NCBI GenBank assembly: GCA_963693055.1
Contig: OY843751.1
Span: forward strand, 3,424,001-3,488,000
Length of the DNA stretch: 64,000 bases
From: a bacterium
GTDB taxonomy: Bacteria; Zhuqueibacterota; Zhuqueibacteria; Residuimicrobiales; Krinioviventaceae
Direction of reading: 5' to 3'
Numbering within the stretch: position 1 is the first letter of the stretch; each line of letters starts with the position of its first letter. The translations under genes were made by a program, and so were the position numbers. The notes below the pieces were generated by a model that was given only the letters and a program-made list of their open reading frames with translations, was not told the DNA's origin and did not search any database. Positions 57,666-64,000 of the stretch are shown here, in pieces.

Positions 57666-60098
57666 TTATTCTGTTACAGCGGCATCTATAAAGCCATGAT
57701 AACGTCCCATCCAATATGCCAATAACCAGGATGCACCATCATCTTCGTTTTTACCACTTTTGCCACTGTCAGGGTAATAGGGATTTTTGTTCCATTTATT
57801 AAAATTCGTTTCATCCGCCGGGAGTACAGTAATTAACTGTGGTCGGTCAAACCGGTCCTTACGGGGATTCAAAATTACATCAGCACGGTTACTGTTGATC
57901 ATTTCCCACTGGCGTCTATCAGTGGGGATCTGTCTCAAATTGGTAACCGCACTTTTTATGTCAACAAAATCAAGATCAATTGTAGCTGCAGCAAAATAGA
58001 AAAAAGCGGAACCATCGGTCCACAAGGTTTTATAATGTCTACGCACAGCGCGTTGTAATGCGTTTCTCGCTTTATCCCCATGCTCTAACTGAAGTATGGG
58101 GTACAGGGCACAAAATCCCAATTGATTATCTGAATGATTATTCTCATCAGGAAAGACTTTTTTCTCCAAAAGCACATTACCCAGATAACCATGTTCCTTA
58201 ATCAATTTATCATAATGTTCCTTGTACTTGAGATCACCGGTAATATAATAGGTTACTTTGAGAAACGACAAGATTTGCGCGGCATTTAAACCATTTTCAA
58301 TATAATGATCCGGATCATCATTCAGGTTTTCGGGATTCCAGAATCCCCAGCGGGTTCGTTCACCATCCCAGTCAATCAACTGGTAATTATGGTCCACAAT
58401 ATAATCCATAAGGATTGATATTTGCTCTATTATCAATTCCCGTTCTTCCGGAATGAACCGTGCAATATGTTCCCAATAGGCATAAAAAGCAAAGAAATGA
58501 CCATCAATTTCATCACTGGACGTATCACTTTTCCAGATCATTTTACCGTCTGGTGTTACCCGCCATTGCGGGCTTTTGTTTTTCTTTTCAGAAACAGGCA
58601 GCACACTGCGTGCAACCAAACCGGGTATACCGGAAGCATTCTGCAGCATGATCATAGCATGCATGCTCTTTTTTGCAGATTCAAGATAATCGATCCGGTC
58701 AGTTACCGCATATGCCATAGACATGGCAACTACATGATAAGATGTCCATAAACCATCATTATCATTATCAATGATAACATGTCTAGTAGGATTCTCAGCA
58801 TCATCAAATGTACAAGCGGCTACAAGTCCCAGGCGGCGATGATATTTGTTCAATCGTTTTTCAATAATCTCTGCTTTTTGTTCCAATGTTCGTTCAACAG
58901 CACCCAGTTTACTGATTCCTTTGGATGTTTTAAAATAGACCGGCATTCCATTAGGTGGTATAGCAATATCGTTAACAATATTATCTATTAAATAACGCTT
59001 GCCGGCACGATAATACCATTGACGATCCGAAACATAAGGTTTGTACAGAATAGCGCCTTCCGATGTACCGATCCAGATTTGGTCACTCTTATCAATAGCC
59101 AGGCAATTTACAGATTCAACCGGCAAACCCTGTTTCCCCCGGATTATCGACCAGGTACCATCAGCATCCAACCGTCCCAGGCCCGCTCGTGTTCCAACCC
59201 ACAATGTTCCCTTAGAGTCAAAAGCTAGATCTGAAATAAAAGAAGCCGGGGGACCGTCAATACCATAGCTGTTATGACGAACTGCCGTTTTAGAACCAGC
59301 CTTAACAAAATATAACCCCATAGTGGTACCAAACCAGGTAATATCTCCGTTTTGCGCAACAGATGTAATCTGGTTATTTTCCACAGGTGGATCAAAAGTA
59401 AACTTTTGAACATTCTGCATTTGCTGAAACAGCTTTTCGGCTAGTTTGTATTCGTCTTTGTCCAGAGATTGGCGGACATGCTGTACAAAAGGTGTATCTT
59501 TAACAGGGATGTATTCTGTTGCATAGGTCAAAAGCTCAAGATCATCTTCATAATCCAGGGCTGGTACGAGATTAGGTAATATATAATCACCATCAATTTC
59601 AAAAGGTTGACGAATCCATGCTTCATTGACAATAACGTGCTTCATTCCTTTATCTGTATTATAAATCAGGTTAATTTTTTTATCAACGGTTTGTAACAGT
59701 GAATAGAACGCATTACAGCCTTCCGGTTCCAACTCGCGATATAGCGGCCACGACTTTCCGCCATTGGGTGAAAACCACAAGCTCAACTGGTCCTTTCCGG
59801 TAAAACTACCGGAATTTATTGCCATAACAACATTACCAGATTCCAGTTTTATGATATCCCATGCAGCGCCTGCTATCACTTTACGCTGTAATCCCATATA
59901 TTCATCATAATCCGGAGACTTTTCGACAGCACCCAGATTAATCTTGACCAGAGAGCCGTCAGACATTTCTACAAGAACAGGAGTTTGGTCTTGATTCACA
60001 TTAACCATATTAACTTTATAATACGGCTGCGCCAGTGATACCAGCGCACCCGATATTATCATATAAAATAGTAAATAAAAACGAACGAACCTGAACAT
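57666..60098 (-). CDS. Secreted chimeric protein: BNR fragment, Reg_prop-type propeller repeats and putative (alpha/alpha)6 catalytic barrel
   Basis: Signal peptide; SPNGGKSW Asp-box; DSKGTLWVGT and DKSDQIWIGT repeats; DNDNDGLWTS, WKSDTSSDE, TRWGFW, YWMGRY. Confidence 0.65.
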   Translation of the reverse strand: MFRFVRFYLLFYMIISGALVSLAQPYYKVNMVNVNQDQTPVLVEMSDGSLVKINLGAVEKSPDYDEYMGLQRKVIAGAAWDIIKLESGNVVMAINSGSFTGKDQLSLWFSPNGGKSWPLYRELEPEGCNAFYSLLQTVDKKINLIYNTDKGMKHVIVNEAWIRQPFEIDGDYILPNLVPALDYEDDLELLTYATEYIPVKDTPFVQHVRQSLDKDEYKLAEKLFQQMQNVQKFTFDPPVENNQITSVAQNGDITWFGTTMGLYFVKAGSKTAVRHNSYGIDGPPASFISDLAFDSKGTLWVGTRAGLGRLDADGTWSIIRGKQGLPVESVNCLAIDKSDQIWIGTSEGAILYKPYVSDRQWYYRAGKRYLIDNIVNDIAIPPNGMPVYFKTSKGISKLGAVERTLEQKAEIIEKRLNKYHRRLGLVAACTFDDAENPTRHVIIDNDNDGLWTSYHVVAMSMAYAVTDRIDYLESAKKSMHAMIMLQNASGIPGLVARSVLPVSEKKNKSPQWRVTPDGKMIWKSDTSSDEIDGHFFAFYAYWEHIARFIPEERELIIEQISILMDYIVDHNYQLIDWDGERTRWGFWNPENLNDDPDHYIENGLNAAQILSFLKVTYYITGDLKYKEHYDKLIKEHGYLGNVLLEKKVFPDENNHSDNQLGFCALYPILQLEHGDKARNALQRAVRRHYKTLWTDGSAFFYFAAATIDLDFVDIKSAVTNLRQIPTDRRQWEMINSNRADVILNPRKDRFDRPQLITVLPADETNFNKWNKNPYYPDSGKSGKNEDDGASWLLAYWMGRYHGFIDAAVTE

Positions 60099-60108
60099 CT
60101 AGCTACCA

Positions 60109-63054
60109 TTATTTATTTTCAACTGATAATTTAAAATCCTGAAACTCTACCCAATAGGGTACCTTGTCACAGGAACCGCCGGCAAGCCCAATATCGATGG
60201 TTTCTTTCAAACCGGGCAGATCATTGGTATTGCGTTCACGGGTCCATGTTTTGCCATCCAGACTGACATAACCGGTAAAACTGTTGCCATGACGAATTAG
60301 CTTCAACCATACCGGGTATTTCACATCTTCGGGAAGATTGGCACTGCTCGCCTTGTGCATACAACCATCACCAAACTCGTCATAATTAATACCGGCACGC
60401 CCCGGCGTGGTAAACATGAGTACAGATCCTTTACTTCCCGGTTCAGTATCAAAACTTTTTGATATATCATTACGCGCGAACAATCCGGTTCTAAACCATT
60501 CATGGGTACGGTTGCCAAAGCCATTCACCTTGACTGTTGCAACAAAGTTACCTTTAACACCTTTAATATAGGCAGAAGCATATGAATCTTCAGCATGATA
60601 AAAATCCGATCCACTTGCTTCTATTTTAACCTTGTTTCCCTTTTTGTCTATATCCACTTTATAGGGAAAAGCCGTGCCTGAGCAATAAACCTTGAAATCC
60701 GATTTTTTAATCTTTACTGGTTGATGAGCAAAAACAGAGAGTTTCTTTTGAGGGCTGTTGCCAATTTGAACAGTATAATCCCCGGCCTTGGGTTCAAGTT
60801 CAAACTGCACAGAAACCGAGCTGTTTGCCTTTATATCAATCTGTTTTTCCTGCGCAGATTTACCATTCATTAACAAAACAGCTTTAACAGACTGATTCGT
60901 CCCGGTTTGATTAAATGCAGTTGAAGAAACAGTAATGATCTCTCCTTCAGGTATCAAATCATGATCAAGTGTCAGTTCTTTATAAACAACCGGTACATAA
61001 TCTCCCTGAACGTTGACAGATTGATACGGAGTATCTCCAATAGCAACACGATGTTCACCCGGTTCAAACAGACGTAATCCAAATTCTATAGTGCGTGTAT
61101 TGTTTTGTATTACCGGTATGGATTGCGTTTCATATACTTTTCCATCCAGATAAAGCTGTACAGGCATGATTCCAGTGGCTCCGGAATTGTGTACCTCCGC
61201 AGTGATTGTCAAAAAAGTTCCGGTTTCAATCGTACCTGACAGTTTGCTACCATTGGCTTGAATTAAAAGACCCTCTATATTGAATTCAGGTTCGCCTTCA
61301 ATAATTCCCTGTGGAGTGATTTCAGGAGCATCAATTACAAAATTATTACGATAAATATTATCAACCAAATTGGCTGCACAGAGTTTCATTTCACCTTGCT
61401 GTAAATTATAGAAAATATTCTCTTCCGATATCCAACCGGATGACATGTTATCAAACCAGAAACCTACATTGTCATTAAAGTAACCGGCAATTACATCGTG
61501 CACCAAATTTCTGCGAACTATTGAATCATAGGTCAAGCCGGTGGTTTTGATAGCCCCCGAATCATCCGCGTCTTTCTGTACCTGGTATAAATGATTATAC
61601 TCTACACGATATCCGCATTCAATAGATTCTTCAAGATTTCGCCAACCACCAACGGCAATTGCGTAACGACCGCGAGTATAACTGAGTTCATTATGGGATA
61701 TAGTAGTAAACTGTGTATTATTGGCAACAATATTTACACCACCACAATTGGTAATCACATTACGGGAAATGGTCGTTTCCCGGATTATGTCCCGCCAATC
61801 CATGGGGTGTGGATTTCCAATCACATGAATTACACCATTATCAATCATTTCAAATGAATTGTCCAGAATCTTTGTCAGGTAACAACCATCACCCAGAAAA
61901 ACTCCGGTTCCGGCAATTGCACTCAAACGGGATCCTACAAGTTCGCAGGAATGAGCATATTCAATAGAGACCGCCTTGCCCTTTTCAAGAGTAGATTCAA
62001 AGGTCAGGCCATAAATGCGCAAATTGCGAACAGGCTTGTCCGGTGTTCCTTTTATCACAAACAGTTCTTGGAGTTCGGGGACGACAAGGTGTGTCTGGTT
62101 CGGATTTACGCCATTTTCCGGGATATAACTGAGCTCATCTTGCTCTTTATCATAAAACCATTCTCCCGGAGCATTCAACAGTTCTTTGACATTTTCAACA
62201 TAAAAACGGGGCGGTACAATTACAATACCCGGTTGAGGTTTTTCGAGGGTGGCTACACCCTTTTTTACATCAATGCTTTTAATGGAATTTAATCCGGCAT
62301 GCCAACGCAGCAAGAGTTTGATACGGTTACCTTCCAGACCTTCCCAATCATCAAGATCACCTTTGCGGAAATAAAGCTCAGTATCTGTTTTGGAAATAAC
62401 GGGGGGGGTAAAATATTCTTTATCCGGTGTGCGGGCCAGTATTTGTTTGCGTCCGTCTGCAACAAGCATGTTTACAGAACCGTCTACTTTGGCTGTCCAT
62501 TGATCGCCTTTTTTACTCCAACCGGAAACCGGTTTACCGCCGGAAATAACAGGTTTTTCACCGGGATACGCAGCCCAGGTCACATAATGGTCTTTGAGTT
62601 TGTGATATTCAAATGCCCCTGTAGGAAGGTTTGTCTCAACTCTCTCTCCACCATCAAGAGGGCCGAAAACAACAGGGGCATTTAAAGTGTAAAATCCTTC
62701 ACGGATCAATACGAGTATGTCTTTGCCTTTTCCCAATTCATGAGGTGAACCAATCCAGCGTTTCTCCACAGGTTCATCTTTGGGAAAATAGACTTGCTTT
62801 TTTAAATCTCTTACAGCCTGCTGTGCGCGATTAATCGTTGCAAATGGGCCATCTGTTTTATTTGCATTAGGTTCTGCAAGTGTGCCGGACCAGGTATCGT
62901 TACCATCCGGAGATACATAAAAGTCTGCTGAGGTTTCGGTGTTGGAATACTGCTGCCATTTTTCACCACGTAGCAATTTACCATCTGCCAATGTTATAGA
63001 TGATAAACAAAAGAAAAGAAAAATCCAAACAATTTTAATTTGATTCCGTGTCAT
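60109..63054 (-). CDS. Right-handed beta-helix protein (GH141-like) with Ig/CARDB domains and ConA-like C-terminus
   Basis: FYVSPDGND.WSG...DGPFAT..RAQ, YPGEKPVISGG, PGEWFYD, DDSGAIK, FWFDN; C-terminal WLKLIRHGNSFTGYVS.DG. Confidence 0.75.
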   Translation of the reverse strand: MTRNQIKIVWIFLFFCLSSITLADGKLLRGEKWQQYSNTETSADFYVSPDGNDTWSGTLAEPNANKTDGPFATINRAQQAVRDLKKQVYFPKDEPVEKRWIGSPHELGKGKDILVLIREGFYTLNAPVVFGPLDGGERVETNLPTGAFEYHKLKDHYVTWAAYPGEKPVISGGKPVSGWSKKGDQWTAKVDGSVNMLVADGRKQILARTPDKEYFTPPVISKTDTELYFRKGDLDDWEGLEGNRIKLLLRWHAGLNSIKSIDVKKGVATLEKPQPGIVIVPPRFYVENVKELLNAPGEWFYDKEQDELSYIPENGVNPNQTHLVVPELQELFVIKGTPDKPVRNLRIYGLTFESTLEKGKAVSIEYAHSCELVGSRLSAIAGTGVFLGDGCYLTKILDNSFEMIDNGVIHVIGNPHPMDWRDIIRETTISRNVITNCGGVNIVANNTQFTTISHNELSYTRGRYAIAVGGWRNLEESIECGYRVEYNHLYQVQKDADDSGAIKTTGLTYDSIVRRNLVHDVIAGYFNDNVGFWFDNMSSGWISEENIFYNLQQGEMKLCAANLVDNIYRNNFVIDAPEITPQGIIEGEPEFNIEGLLIQANGSKLSGTIETGTFLTITAEVHNSGATGIMPVQLYLDGKVYETQSIPVIQNNTRTIEFGLRLFEPGEHRVAIGDTPYQSVNVQGDYVPVVYKELTLDHDLIPEGEIITVSSTAFNQTGTNQSVKAVLLMNGKSAQEKQIDIKANSSVSVQFELEPKAGDYTVQIGNSPQKKLSVFAHQPVKIKKSDFKVYCSGTAFPYKVDIDKKGNKVKIEASGSDFYHAEDSYASAYIKGVKGNFVATVKVNGFGNRTHEWFRTGLFARNDISKSFDTEPGSKGSVLMFTTPGRAGINYDEFGDGCMHKASSANLPEDVKYPVWLKLIRHGNSFTGYVSLDGKTWTRERNTNDLPGLKETIDIGLAGGSCDKVPYWVEFQDFKLSVENK

Positions 63055-63071
63055 TTTACACTCTCCAGATC

Positions 63072-64000
63072 TTAGTATTCATTTTTCACCCAACCTTCTG
63101 TGAACGTGACATGTTTAATTGTTTTTACATCATGGCTATACGTTGCATGTAACATTTCGTCCCGACTCTGAATCAATGCGGGGTAATCATAACGCCCTTT
63201 ATCCGATTTTTCAATTTGTTTTTTCCATTTCCAGGTACGCCCCTCATCATCAGACAGAGAGACCACCAGAGAATTTCTTTCTTCATCTGTATTGTCATTA
63301 TAGATCAACATTATATTGCCACTATTCAGGCGCAAAACCTGAATACCTGCTCCCGGATTCGGAAAATCAGTTTCTGTCACCGGTCCCCAGGTCAGGCCCA
63401 TATCTTTAGACTCGCTTTTACGAATACGGTCAATGCCCGAAGAATCCCGAAACCAGGCTACCAATGTTCCATCACGACGTTCCAATACGGTGGGTTGTTC
63501 AATCCCATATCCCAATGCAGGTTTTGAGAATTCCCAGGTATGTCCAGCATCCGAGGTCAATGCCATTGCTGCCAATCCAAATATTTCAGACGCCATGGGC
63601 AGCAATAACTTGCCATTAGACAACCTGACAGGGCTCGTACGGGTAGTCCACCCCAGTCGACGGGCAAGCTGGCTTTCTAATTTAGGTTGGGCTTTTTTAC
63701 GCATTTTTTGAAATTGTTGATTACTCTTGTTCTGTTCACACAACAGTTCAATGGTTTCATCTAAAGCATTAGGTATTATCGGCAAATCTTTTTGAACATA
63801 CCAGGTTATGGGGATACTAAGATAATCCGATGAAATTTTATACCGCAAAAAAGCAGTATCCCAGGGTTCCTCAGGTGCGCCCAAAAGTGTATAATAAAAT
63901 AACCACAAGCGTTCCTGCTCATCTATATACAAACATGGATTATTATCAGATAGCATCGGGGTATCGGCTAAAAGAAATGTTTCTGACCAATCAATTTCTC
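63072..64000 (-). CDS. BNR_2 (sialidase-like) propeller protein; partial, start lies beyond the right window edge
   Basis: Frame open past ATG 63956 (WSETFLLADTP..SDNNP); Asp-boxes SDAGHTW, SKDMGLTW, SDDEGRTW; EQP, YDYP. Confidence 0.85.
   Translation of the reverse strand, partial: EIDWSETFLLADTPMLSDNNPCLYIDEQERLWLFYYTLLGAPEEPWDTAFLRYKISSDYLSIPITWYVQKDLPIIPNALDETIELLCEQNKSNQQFQKMRKKAQPKLESQLARRLGWTTRTSPVRLSNGKLLLPMASEIFGLAAMALTSDAGHTWEFSKPALGYGIEQPTVLERRDGTLVAWFRDSSGIDRIRKSESKDMGLTWGPVTETDFPNPGAGIQVLRLNSGNIMLIYNDNTDEERNSLVVSLSDDEGRTWKWKKQIEKSDKGRYDYPALIQSRDEMLHATYSHDVKTIKHVTFTEGWVKNEY

Noticed and set aside
1-64000. CRISPR arrays, tRNA/rRNA genes, intact IS elements, prophage or defence systems
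   Set aside because: No regularly spaced repeats, structural RNA signatures or such protein motifs were seen; by-eye inspection could miss small RNAs.

Overview
About 40% GC bacterial window, inferred to be from the FCB group (KSB1/Calditrichota-like) because of its DUF2723, DUF4837 and FISUMP genes, a YPNPFNP C-terminal sorting tail and clear Shine-Dalgarno sites. No rRNA, tRNA or CRISPR array was seen. It has four blocks. (1) 1-23.6 kb, minus strand: an ABC ATPase/permease pair, then a tightly packed run from valS to a LOG gene. The run includes recG, purE and glcDEF, plus a probable protein O-mannosylation cassette (methyltransferase, GT4, DUF2723/TMEM260-like GT-C, flippase-like protein, DUF4837, RmlD, polyprenol-P-mannose synthase). 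(2) 23.7-28.2 kb, plus strand: a near-consensus sigma-54 promoter with a perfect 14-bp-arm palindrome drives an orphan lipoprotein. It is followed by a soluble REC-PAS histidine kinase and an NtrC-like regulator lacking the GAFTGA loop and arginine fingers. (3) 28.2-36.9 kb: NfnAB, a GH2, FISUMP and sorting-tail surface proteins, a RAYT transposase remnant and REP-like hairpins. (4) 36.9-64 kb: a co-oriented glycan-catabolic locus of at least 17 genes that runs off the window edge. It holds GH106, a GH141-like protein, a BNR protein, two DUF4838 paralogs, two DUF1080 domains and several unclassified CAZyme-like proteins. Its kinase-free cytoplasmic core is an SDR, Zn-dehydrogenase, MBL lactonase, AraD-like DHDPS enzyme, URO-D-like protein, DUF362 and VOC protein. 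Family calls come from motif recognition by eye; no database searches were run.
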